From positions 150,544-214,543 of the forward strand of contig JAURFC010000001.1 of NCBI GenBank assembly GCA_030834445.1: a stretch of DNA of 64,000 nucleotides, in the 5' to 3' direction. The DNA is from Bacillota bacterium (GTDB lineage: Bacteria > Bacillota_I > Bacilli_A > RFN20 > CAG-826). Below the pieces are notes generated by a model that was not told the DNA's origin, did no database searches, and worked only from the letters and a program-made list of their open reading frames with translations. The position numbers and the translations under genes were made by a program. Below, one piece after another: positions 36,404 through 46,006 of this stretch (positions within the stretch are counted from its first letter, which is position 1; every line of letters starts with the position of its first letter).

Positions 36404-38805
36404 ACAAGTTTAGGAAGTTTCCAAATCTCGTCGATATATTGTTGAATCGTACGATCGGTTGAGAAGAAACCCGCTTCGGCGATATTGACAATCGCCATCG
36501 CATTCCATCGGGAACGATCTTGATAAAGGCGTGCGATTTTTTCTTGTGCCTCGGCATAGGCGGCGAAGTCTTCAAGAATAAAGTATTCATCATTACGGTG
36601 CATGATTTCATCAAAGATGGGACGGAACGTATCCCGATTGCCTTCAGACCAACGACCATCGATAAGCGAGTCAATGATGGTTTTAATGCGCGGATTCGCG
36701 TGATAACGATCCCATGCTTGATACGTGTGGCTTGATCGTAAGGCATTCACGTGTTCAACATTCATACCAAAGATGACACAATTGTCTAAACCCACGAGTT
36801 CCGATATTTCCACGTTGGCACCGTCTAAGGTTCCTAAGGTAATCGCCCCATTCATCATAAATTTCATATTTCCCGTTCCAGAGGCTTCTTTTCCCGCGGT
36901 GGAAATTTGTTCACTGACATCGGTGGCAGGAATCATGAGTTCAGCAAGACTCACCCCATAGTTTTCAATAAAGACCACTTTTAAATGCCCGTTGGTTTCC
37001 GGATCGGCATTCACCACGCGGGCCACGGCATTAATTAATTCAATTATTTTCTTCGCAAAGAAATAACTAGGTGCAGCTTTTGCCCCAAAGATGAAGGTAC
37101 GTGGATACGGTCTAAAACTCGGATCGGCTTTCATGCGATTGTATAAATCCATGATGTGGAACACATTGAGTGTTTGTCGTTTATACGCATGAAGACGCTT
37201 GATTTGAACATCGAAAATCGAATCTGGATTAATCTCAATGCCTTGAACCCGTTTAATATAGTCGGCAAGTTTGACTTTGTTTTCGCGTTTAATCTTAGCG
37301 ACTTCGTTTTGCACGTTTTGATTGTCGGCAAACGCACGGAATGCTTGCAGAGATTGCGGCTGGGTTTTCCAACCTTCGCCAATATGTTTGCTGACAAGGT
37401 TAGCAAGCTCAGGATTGGCATACATAAACCAGCGGCGATGCGTAATCCCGTTGGTTTTATTGTTGAAGCGTTCTGGATAAAGTTGGAAGTAATCTTTAAA
37501 TGTATCCGCTTTGAGTATTTCGGTATGAAGGGCCGCAACCCCGTTGGTCGAAAACGCGGCATATATGGCTAAATTCGCCATGTGTATCATGCCATCTTTA
37601 ATAATGGCCATATTGCGACGGGCATCATCCGTTAAATGCTTTTGGGCAAATTCTAATTGACTACGACGATGGATTTCTTCAATGATCATGTAAATGCGTG
37701 GTAAAAGTGGTTTTAAGAAATGAATCGGCCACTTTTCCAGTGCTTCTTGCATGACGGTATGGTTGGTATACGCCATACACGCTCGCACTTGTTGCCATGC
37801 CGCATCCCAAGTTTGGCCATACTCATCGACGAGTAAACGAATAAGTTCGGGGATCGCTAGAATCGGATGAGTGTCATTGAGTTGAAACACAAAATATTCA
37901 ACAAAGTTATCCATACGTTGGAACCGGCGATAATGGGATGCCATCACCGATTGTAACCCTGCCGACACTAAGAAATAATGTTGACGTAAACGTAAAATTT
38001 TTCCACTATCAGTCGAATCATCAGGGTATAGCCCGTGCGTGATTTCTTTGACGGTTTGTAAATATTCTTTAAAGCTTTGGTTTTCAGGAATATTTTCTTC
38101 CGTGGGTTCTGCCGCCCAAAGCCGTAAATTATTCGTAATACCATTTCGGTAACCGACAATAGCCATATCATAAGGAACAGCACGAACATTGAGGGCATTC
38201 ACAGTGCGAATCGCATAACCCCCATCCGGTTTAAGGTACGTTTCAGCTTGACCATAAAATTTGACATCGACGGCATGTTTGAGGTTTTTTACTTCCCAAA
38301 CGTTGCCATTTTTGAGCCAAATATCCGGCACTTCAATTTGTTTTCCATTGACAATTTTTTGTTTGAAAAAACCATAGTCATAACGAATGGTATTCCCGTG
38401 ACCGGCATAACCAAGCGAGGCAATAGAATCAAGAAAGCACGCGGCAAGGCGACCTAAGCCACCATTGCCTAATCCTGCATCAGATTCAAGTTCCATGAGT
38501 TCATCGAGAGATAAACCAAGTTCTGCAAGTCCTTCTTTGGTGACATCATAAATTCCTAAATTGTGAAGGTTACTTTTCATGAGTCGCCCCATGAGAAACT
38601 CCATGGAAAAGTAAATGAGTTGAAGGGGTTGATTGGCGTTATCGATTTTACGAAGACGCTTTAAATTTTGCCCCGCATAATCCCGAATCATATGACCAAG
38701 AATTTCATACCGTTCCGTGACGTGGCTATCGGCAATCGTACGACCGAACTTACTTTCGAGTCGTTGTGAAAAAATTTCTTTAAATTTCGCTTTTGAGGTA
38801 AACAT
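36400..38805 (-). CDS. glgP: Glycogen/starch phosphorylase
   Basis: GLGNGGLGRLAACF, QLNDTHP, EASGTGNMK (PLP lysine), TLDGANVE. Confidence 0.97.
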   Translation of the reverse strand: MFTSKAKFKEIFSQRLESKFGRTIADSHVTERYEILGHMIRDYAGQNLKRLRKIDNANQPLQLIYFSMEFLMGRLMKSNLHNLGIYDVTKEGLAELGLSLDELMELESDAGLGNGGLGRLAACFLDSIASLGYAGHGNTIRYDYGFFKQKIVNGKQIEVPDIWLKNGNVWEVKNLKHAVDVKFYGQAETYLKPDGGYAIRTVNALNVRAVPYDMAIVGYRNGITNNLRLWAAEPTEENIPENQSFKEYLQTVKEITHGLYPDDSTDSGKILRLRQHYFLVSAGLQSVMASHYRRFQRMDNFVEYFVFQLNDTHPILAIPELIRLLVDEYGQTWDAAWQQVRACMAYTNHTVMQEALEKWPIHFLKPLLPRIYMIIEEIHRRSQLEFAQKHLTDDARRNMAIIKDGMIHMANLAIYAAFSTNGVAALHTEILKADTFKDYFQLYPERFNNKTNGITHRRWFMYANPELANLVSKHIGEGWKTQPQSLQAFRAFADNQNVQNEVAKIKRENKVKLADYIKRVQGIEINPDSIFDVQIKRLHAYKRQTLNVFHIMDLYNRMKADPSFRPYPRTFIFGAKAAPSYFFAKKIIELINAVARVVNADPETNGHLKVVFIENYGVSLAELMIPATDVSEQISTAGKEASGTGNMKFMMNGAITLGTLDGANVEISELVGLDNCVIFGMNVEHVNALRSSHTYQAWDRYHANPRIKTIIDSLIDGRWSEGNRDTFRPIFDEIMHRNDEYFILEDFAAYAEAQEKIARLYQDRSRWNAMAIVNIAEAGFFSTDRTIQQYIDEIWKLPKLV

Positions 38806-38808
38806 ACG

Positions 38809-40638
38809 TTACTCCTTCGTGGGTGATTCCAATTTTTTTAAGATAATCGCGGCGTGAGATCCAATCCGTAAGTTTAATCGATGGTCGCTCACAACAATCG
38901 GCTTGTCATTGAGCACATGATAACCTCCGTATTGGGCATGCGTGGAGTTCAGGATCTCAACATACGTTCCTGGTTCACACCCATGTAATACATACTCATT
39001 ATAGTAATTTCCTTTCATGTTGAAAACCATAACAAGCGTAGAATTGTAAACTTTTCGTTGAAAGACAAAGACACTATCAAAAGCATTGTCGACCATAATC
39101 CAACGGAAGGATTGCGGATCACTATCCCCTTGATAAAGGGCAGGATGATCCCGATAAACTTGATTTAAATCGCGCAAGAAAGATTGAATTGCCACATGTT
39201 TAGGAAAGTCTAAAAAGAACCATGGTAACCCTTTGTTTTCATTCCATTCATCAAAGGATGCGAGTTCATTGCCCATAAAATTAAGCTTTTTCCCGGGGTG
39301 TGTCATTTGATACGTGTAAAGGTTTTTAACCCGTTCAAATTTCGTGTCGTAATCTCCGTGCATTTTATTTAGAATCGTCCCTTTTCCGTGAACGACTTCA
39401 TCATGAGATAAAGGGAGAAGGAAGCGTTCCGCATAAAAATAGTGCATGGAAAACGTAAGTTTATGATGATCATAATATTTATAAACATCATCTAAACCAT
39501 AATATTTCAAGGTGTCATTCATCCACCCCATATCCCATTTGTAATCAAACCCTAATCCTCCCTCTTCAACGGGGCGGGTAACGCCCGGGAAAGAGGTGGA
39601 ATCTTCGGCAATCATCATCACCGAAGGATAATGGGTATGAATATATTGATTCAGTTGTTTCAAAAACGAGATACCACCCAAATTAAGCCCTTTGTCTTGA
39701 TTACCATCCCAATACACCATATTACTAACTGCATCAATCCGAATACCATCCACATGAAATTCATCGACAAACATACGAATGCCACTAAATAAGAGGGAGC
39801 GCGAAACAAATCGCCCTAAATCAAATTGAGGTGATCCCCATTGAGAATACGTTTTTTGGGGATCGAAATATTCATAGAGTTTGGTGCCATCAAATTCAAT
39901 GAGACCAAAGCCATCACTTGCGAAATGGACCACCACATAATCAAGAATGATACCAATACCGGCTTGGTGGCATGCATTCACAAAATGTTTAAAAGCATCA
40001 ATTGAGCCATAACGAGAATCAAGCGCGGTAAAACCTGTCGCTTGATACCCCCACGAACCATCAAAGGGATATTGCGTGAGTGGCATTATTTCGATGTGCG
40101 TAAAACCATGTCTGAGCACATAGGGAATGAGTTCTTTTTCCATCGCTTCATACGATAGAAATTGATTTTTTTCGTCTTTATTCCATGAACCAAGGTGGAC
40201 TTCATAGATGGAAATGGGTCGATCATAGCCCCGTGTCCGATGCTTTAAAAATTCTTCATCGTCCCATGCAAAAGAGGAAGACGCAGTGACAATCGATGCG
40301 GTTAACGGACGTACTTCCGAATAGCGGGCGTAAGGATCAGCTTTTTGCACGCGAACCCCATGAGCATTGGTAAAGGCAAATTTATAACGATGATGCGGTT
40401 TTGCTTGGGGTATAAACACTTCATAAATACCATAATCATGGACTTTTTTGGCATGATGTTTTCCTTCTTGCCAACCGTTAAAGTCGCCAACAACACTGAC
40501 ATCAGTTGCATTGGGAGCGAAGACGCGAAATACATACCCTTTCTTTTGACCTACTTGATGAGGATGAGTGCCAAAATATTGATGCGCATCAAACGATCCT
40601 TCCCAAAAAAAATGTTGGTAAAATTCGGTTAAATTCAC
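38809..40638 (-). CDS. glgB: 1,4-alpha-glucan branching enzyme
   Basis: SVVGDFN, IYEVHLGSW, SWGYQ, GIRIDAV, AEDST, LSHDEVVHGK. Confidence 0.96.
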   Translation of the reverse strand: MNLTEFYQHFFWEGSFDAHQYFGTHPHQVGQKKGYVFRVFAPNATDVSVVGDFNGWQEGKHHAKKVHDYGIYEVFIPQAKPHHRYKFAFTNAHGVRVQKADPYARYSEVRPLTASIVTASSSFAWDDEEFLKHRTRGYDRPISIYEVHLGSWNKDEKNQFLSYEAMEKELIPYVLRHGFTHIEIMPLTQYPFDGSWGYQATGFTALDSRYGSIDAFKHFVNACHQAGIGIILDYVVVHFASDGFGLIEFDGTKLYEYFDPQKTYSQWGSPQFDLGRFVSRSLLFSGIRMFVDEFHVDGIRIDAVSNMVYWDGNQDKGLNLGGISFLKQLNQYIHTHYPSVMMIAEDSTSFPGVTRPVEEGGLGFDYKWDMGWMNDTLKYYGLDDVYKYYDHHKLTFSMHYFYAERFLLPLSHDEVVHGKGTILNKMHGDYDTKFERVKNLYTYQMTHPGKKLNFMGNELASFDEWNENKGLPWFFLDFPKHVAIQSFLRDLNQVYRDHPALYQGDSDPQSFRWIMVDNAFDSVFVFQRKVYNSTLVMVFNMKGNYYNEYVLHGCEPGTYVEILNSTHAQYGGYHVLNDKPIVVSDHRLNLRIGSHAAIILKKLESPTKE

Positions 40639-40745
40639 GCCTTTATTATACGATAAGTTCTTTTTTTTGAATCGTCTCTTTTTTCATTCATTTTTTCATT
40701 TTCTTTCTATGAATTGAGGGAGAAATTCTTTATAATGAGGAACGT

Positions 40746-41948
40746 ATGAAAAATAAATCAATTTATATTGCCGTGAATGCAGGAAGTAGCAGTCTTAAAT
40801 TTAAACTTTACACCATGCCGGAAGAAACACTAGTATGCTCGGGAATGGCCGATCGCATCGGACAAAGCATGGGAGAGTTTTCCTTAAAATACGCCGATCA
40901 AAAATACCAACTTGAAACCCCGATTCCTAACCATGAAGTGGGTGTTCAACTTCTTTTAAAAGCCTTACTCGATACGAAGGTTATTCCTTTGTATGATGTA
41001 ATTGCTGGGGTTGGCCACCGAGTTGTTCAAGGAGGAAAATACTTTTCTGGAAGTGTTTTATTTACCCCCGAAGTCGTGGAAAAAATCGAGAGTTTAATTC
41101 CCTTTGCTCCCCTTCATAATCGTCCCAATCTCCAAGGTTATTTTGCCTTTTATAAAGTTTTACCTTCGATTCCTCATGTAGCTGTATTTGATACTGCCTT
41201 CCATCAAACGATGGCGCCACAAGATTATTTGTATCCTATTCCATACCAATGGTCGACCCAATTTGACTTACGTCGCTATGGATTTCATGGAACCTCGCAT
41301 CAATATCTCGTTCAAGAGCTTGCGAAACATTCCACGTTATCCCCGCAAAAAGTCATCACATGTCATATCGGTTCGGGGGCAAGCCTAGCAGCCATTAAAG
41401 ATCAAAAAGTCGTCGCAACCTCGATGGGTTTAACCCCCCTCGGTGGCATTATGATGGGCACACGCACCGGCGATATCGATCCTTCCATTCTTCACTTTGC
41501 GGCATTGAAACTCAATGAAACCCATGAAAATGTTTACGCAATGCTGAATAAACAAAGCGGTTTACTTGGTGTTTCAGGGATGACATCCGATTCTCGCGAT
41601 TTAGAAGAAGCTCATCTTGCCGGGAATGAACGTGCGCAACTTGCCAACCAACTCTTTGTGCGTCGTATTGCCGATTTTATCGGACAATATCATGTTCGTT
41701 TGCATTCGGCAAATGCCGTTATTTTTTCTGCTGGCATCGGTGAAAATTCAGGATTTTATCGTCAACTCATTCTTGATGAAGTCAAAGATGCACTTGGTAT
41801 TGATTTCGATCGTGAATTGAATATGAAAACCCGTGGTAAAACCACAAAAATATCAACAGCCTCAAGTCAAGTCGAGGTATGGGTGATTCCCACGAATGAA
41901 GAAATCATGATCATTCGTGATACGTATCACCTTGGCAAAGGAGCCTAA
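40746..41948 (+). CDS. ackA: Acetate kinase
   Basis: NAGSSSLK, GHRVV, APLHN, FDTAFH, GFHGTSH, GIGENS, PTNEE. Confidence 0.97.
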   Translation: MKNKSIYIAVNAGSSSLKFKLYTMPEETLVCSGMADRIGQSMGEFSLKYADQKYQLETPIPNHEVGVQLLLKALLDTKVIPLYDVIAGVGHRVVQGGKYFSGSVLFTPEVVEKIESLIPFAPLHNRPNLQGYFAFYKVLPSIPHVAVFDTAFHQTMAPQDYLYPIPYQWSTQFDLRRYGFHGTSHQYLVQELAKHSTLSPQKVITCHIGSGASLAAIKDQKVVATSMGLTPLGGIMMGTRTGDIDPSILHFAALKLNETHENVYAMLNKQSGLLGVSGMTSDSRDLEEAHLAGNERAQLANQLFVRRIADFIGQYHVRLHSANAVIFSAGIGENSGFYRQLILDEVKDALGIDFDRELNMKTRGKTTKISTASSQVEVWVIPTNEEIMIIRDTYHLGKGA

Positions 41949-41950
41949 CT

Positions 41951-42910
41951 ATGAATCAAAAAGCCCTCTATAAAACGATTTTAAAAAAGATTAAAAAGTA
42001 CCCAAAAATAGTCGTATTTCGTCATCAAATTCCTGATTTTGATGCCTTAGGAACGCAATGGGGTCTTGCCACTTGGTTGCGTGATAATTTCCCGAAAAAG
42101 ACCATTAAAGTTGTCGGGAAAGATCAAGGGTTTTTCCGCGATGATCTTTATCCCAAAATGGAAAAAGTACCAAACACTTTTTTTGATGAACAAACGTTAG
42201 CAATTGTCGTGGATACCGCAAATACGGCCCGAATTGACGATGACCGTTATGCGAAAGCGGCGGAAGTCATTAAGATTGATCACCACCCCAATCATGAACC
42301 GTACGGGAATGTCGTTCTTGTCGACACCTCAACGTGTGCCGCAAGTGAACTGATTATGGTGATGATTCAAAGTTTTGGGAAACGCTACAAATTATCCAAA
42401 GAAGCCGCCGTCTTCCTCTTTTCAGGGATAGCTGGAGACAGTGGTCGCTTTATGTATAGTTCAACCTCACCGCAAACGTTTGCAATTGCACAACGCTTAC
42501 TAGAAACCGGCATTAATGCGAACCAAGATGTTTATTTAAAAATGTATGAAAAAACATTACAAGATCTCAACGTAACCGCTCATATTTTATCGCATTATAA
42601 AGTGAGTAAAAAAGGGGTTGCCTATTACACCCTTTCCCATCAAGAACAAGTCGACTTAGGCATCGTCGCCCAACGGGGCAAAGATAATGTCAATATATTT
42701 GCCAATATCAAAGACGTGCATATTTGGTGTTCGATTTCCGAAGACAAAGAAGCCAATGTTTGGCGTGTTTCCATTCGTTCTAAAGCGGTTTCCATTAACG
42801 AAGTCGCCCGTGCTTTTGAAGGCGGTGGCCACCCGCAAGCAAGTGGCGCAAAACTTGCGACGATTACGCAGTTACCGAAATTAATAAAAGCCCTCGAAAA
42901 ATTACTTTAG
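41951..42910 (+). CDS. nrnA: DHH/DHHA1 oligoribonuclease / pAp phosphatase NrnA
   Basis: RH..PDFDA, IDHH, GDSGRF, GGGHPQASG. Confidence 0.9.
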   Translation: MNQKALYKTILKKIKKYPKIVVFRHQIPDFDALGTQWGLATWLRDNFPKKTIKVVGKDQGFFRDDLYPKMEKVPNTFFDEQTLAIVVDTANTARIDDDRYAKAAEVIKIDHHPNHEPYGNVVLVDTSTCAASELIMVMIQSFGKRYKLSKEAAVFLFSGIAGDSGRFMYSSTSPQTFAIAQRLLETGINANQDVYLKMYEKTLQDLNVTAHILSHYKVSKKGVAYYTLSHQEQVDLGIVAQRGKDNVNIFANIKDVHIWCSISEDKEANVWRVSIRSKAVSINEVARAFEGGGHPQASGAKLATITQLPKLIKALEKLL

Positions 42911-42976
42911 TCTCTCAATTATTATCGGGCAATTGGATGCCCTTTATGCTACAATAACGCTAATGAGGATGGTCCC

Positions 42977-45900
42977 TTGTTTATTCCTTTACACATTTAC
43001 TCTTCTTATTCCTTTTTATCGAGTGGTTTTACGATTGACCGCCTTATTTCAACGTGTAAACAACGACAATTTCAAAGTGTCGGTCTAACCGATCGTCACG
43101 TCTTATTTGGCTTTCCCGAATTTCAACAATTAACCAAACGTTACCAAATCAACCCCATTTTTGGGATGGACATCCTTCATGAGGGATTTTTATGGACGGT
43201 CTTTGCAAAAAATGAAGTAGGCTATCGGTGGTTAGTTCATACCTCATCGTCCCTCCAACATGAAACCAAATCCATTGATTTTGCTTCTTTAGGCGAAGAC
43301 GGTATTGTCGTACTCTCCCCCCATTTATCCGATGCTTTTGACATCCAAGATGGGCAATTATCACGCCGTCTTGCCACCATCACATCGGGTTTAAAACATG
43401 TGTTTATTGGTTTACCGATGGTCCATCAAGTTCCCAATGAAACGATTCAACTTTATCGTGATTTCGCTCAAAAATATACATATGGTCTAGTCGCATTTCC
43501 CCATATTCTTTATGCCAAACCTCAGGATGCACTGGTGGTAGAGATTCTTGGGACCATTAGTCGCGGTGAAACGTTATCCATCAAGGAAAAAACCGGAACT
43601 GCTTCAATGCCAACCCCCGAACAAATTGCGGTTAGTTATAACGATGATGAATGTGCGCAGACCATGTGGATTGCCAGTCAATGCCATGTGGAATTTGAAA
43701 GCAAACGTGGAAAACTCATTCGTTTTGACCCTTCACAAAAAGGCGAAGATCTCTTACGAGAAAAAGCCATCGAGGGTTTACAAAATCGCCCGATTGACTT
43801 TAGTAATTTAACGTATCTTGAACGATTGGATGAAGAATTAACCATCATTGAGCAACTCGGTTTTTCTGATTACTTTTTAATTGTCGCAGACTTTGTTCAC
43901 TATGCCAAACGGGAACATATCCCCGTTGGACCGGGTCGTGGTTCTGCGCCAGGAAGTCTTGTCGCGTATGCGTTAGGCATTACCGATATTGATCCGATTC
44001 CTCATCACCTTCTTTTTGAACGATTTTTAAATCCTTCTCGAAAAACGATGCCTGATATCGATATTGATATTGCCGATGTCGATCGTGAAAAAATTGTCGA
44101 TTATCTCCGTCAAAAATACGGGCAAGATCGTGTCGCGAATATTATTACGTTCCAAACGATTCAAGCCAAACAAGCGGTTCGTGATATCGGTCGTGTCTAT
44201 GGCTTTTCTCAAAATTCTGTGGATTTAATTAGTAAAACGCTTGGCGATGGAAAAGTGGACTTAAAAACGGCTTACAAACAAAGCAAAGCCCTACGCACCT
44301 TATTTGAAACGGACTCTGAATGTGCTGAAATTATCAAATTAGCCCATAAGATCGAAGGATTTGTTCGCCAATCCGGCATGCATCCTGCCGGGGTAATTTT
44401 AAATGACGAACCACTTCAAGAATCGATTCCTACGTTATTTAATGGGCAATTTTTCGTGAGTCAATACGAGATGAGTGCCCTTGAAAATCAAGGATACTTA
44501 AAAATTGATATTTTAGGTTTACGCAATTTAACGTTTATTCAACAAACCTTACGCATGCTTGCATTAGAAGATATATCCTTGGATTTATCCACAATTTTAT
44601 ATGATGATCAAGCAGTGTTTGAAACGTTACAAAAAGGATTAACCATGGGGATTTTTCAACTCGAATCTCCGGGCATGAATCGCGCGATTCAAACCATTCA
44701 ACCTTCTTCGTTTAATGACCTAGTAAGTTTATTAGCCCTTTACCGTCCTGGTCCGATGGACAATATTCAAAGTTATGCGCTTCGAAAAAAAGGGGCGGAA
44801 CCGATTACCACCCTTGATCCGCAATTGAATCCCATTCTTGCACCGACCTATGGCATTATCGTCTATCAAGAACAAATCATGCAAATTGCCCAAAAAATGG
44901 CTGGCTTTTCACTTTCAAAAGCGGATGATTTCCGACGCGCAATCGCCAAAAAAGATAATGAATCGATGAAGAATTTGAAAGACGCCTTTCTTCGCGGGGC
45001 AGTCAGTCAAGGCTATAAAGAAGACCATGCCTTAAGTGTCTATAATCATATTTTTAAATTTGCGGATTATGGTTTTAATAAATCACACTCCGTTGCTTAT
45101 GCTGTTATTTCCTATCACATGCTTTATTTAAAAACATATTATCCGCATGCTTTCTTTGCCACCTTGCTTAATCAAGTGAGCCTCGGTCACGATGAAAAGC
45201 TTTCCCAATATCTTGAAGAGATTCGCGCGTTAAAAATTCCGATTCATTCCCCGAGTTTATTGACCCCTACCTCCCGGTTCACCTTAAAAAAAGGCACGTT
45301 ATTAGCCCCATTAACCCTAATTAAAGGGGTCGCACGCGACATAGCAAAATTGATTGAAAAAGAAGCCTCACGAAAACCCTTTGACGATTTTTTTGATTTT
45401 GTAACGCGCATGTACAATCATAAAATTACCGCTCAAACGGTTCTCGCGCTCATTGATGCCGGCGCGTGTGATGGCTTCCATGTCAGTCGGGCTAGCTTAC
45501 GAGCCACCATTCCTAATGCAATGAAAAATGCTGCCGTGGCCAGTACCTTCTTGGACGAAAGTTTAGGATTACTTCCTACAGATGCACTTCCGAAAATGCC
45601 GTATGTCGAGGCCGAGGATGTGGCCTTAGAAAATATCGAACGTGAACTTGATGTCCTCGACCATTTCCTTTCCCAATCCGTCTTAGCCCGCTTTACTCCA
45701 CCTGCCGATTTTCCCTCCCTTCAATCGATTCAAGCGGTCATTGCCACCACATCCACACAAACCTTATTAGCCACGGGTGGCATTATTAAACAACGCCGAA
45801 TTATCCAAACTAAATCCGGACAAACGATGGCATTTATGACGCTCTATGATGAATCAGGATCGCTTGAAGCCATTGTGTTTCCGCGTTTGTATGAGACCGT

Positions 45901-46006
45901 TTCCCACATCTTAGAAAGGGGACGTATTGTAATGGTGACAGGGCGAAAAGACCAAGAAAAACCGAACACGTTATTGCTCGATCAACTCAAAGAGGCACAA
46001 CCATGA
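42977..46006 (+). CDS. dnaE: DNA polymerase III alpha subunit DnaE
   Basis: GPGRGSAPGS, MPDIDID, KIDILGL, YGFNKSHS, C-terminal OB fold. Confidence 0.96.
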   Translation: MFIPLHIYSSYSFLSSGFTIDRLISTCKQRQFQSVGLTDRHVLFGFPEFQQLTKRYQINPIFGMDILHEGFLWTVFAKNEVGYRWLVHTSSSLQHETKSIDFASLGEDGIVVLSPHLSDAFDIQDGQLSRRLATITSGLKHVFIGLPMVHQVPNETIQLYRDFAQKYTYGLVAFPHILYAKPQDALVVEILGTISRGETLSIKEKTGTASMPTPEQIAVSYNDDECAQTMWIASQCHVEFESKRGKLIRFDPSQKGEDLLREKAIEGLQNRPIDFSNLTYLERLDEELTIIEQLGFSDYFLIVADFVHYAKREHIPVGPGRGSAPGSLVAYALGITDIDPIPHHLLFERFLNPSRKTMPDIDIDIADVDREKIVDYLRQKYGQDRVANIITFQTIQAKQAVRDIGRVYGFSQNSVDLISKTLGDGKVDLKTAYKQSKALRTLFETDSECAEIIKLAHKIEGFVRQSGMHPAGVILNDEPLQESIPTLFNGQFFVSQYEMSALENQGYLKIDILGLRNLTFIQQTLRMLALEDISLDLSTILYDDQAVFETLQKGLTMGIFQLESPGMNRAIQTIQPSSFNDLVSLLALYRPGPMDNIQSYALRKKGAEPITTLDPQLNPILAPTYGIIVYQEQIMQIAQKMAGFSLSKADDFRRAIAKKDNESMKNLKDAFLRGAVSQGYKEDHALSVYNHIFKFADYGFNKSHSVAYAVISYHMLYLKTYYPHAFFATLLNQVSLGHDEKLSQYLEEIRALKIPIHSPSLLTPTSRFTLKKGTLLAPLTLIKGVARDIAKLIEKEASRKPFDDFFDFVTRMYNHKITAQTVLALIDAGACDGFHVSRASLRATIPNAMKNAAVASTFLDESLGLLPTDALPKMPYVEAEDVALENIERELDVLDHFLSQSVLARFTPPADFPSLQSIQAVIATTSTQTLLATGGIIKQRRIIQTKSGQTMAFMTLYDESGSLEAIVFPRLYETVSHILERGRIVMVTGRKDQEKPNTLLLDQLKEAQP

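Noticed and set aside
40651-40730. T-rich low-complexity tract between glgB and ackA as an sRNA or cre site
   Set aside because: No stable stem or cre consensus visible; consistent with an AT-rich divergent promoter region.
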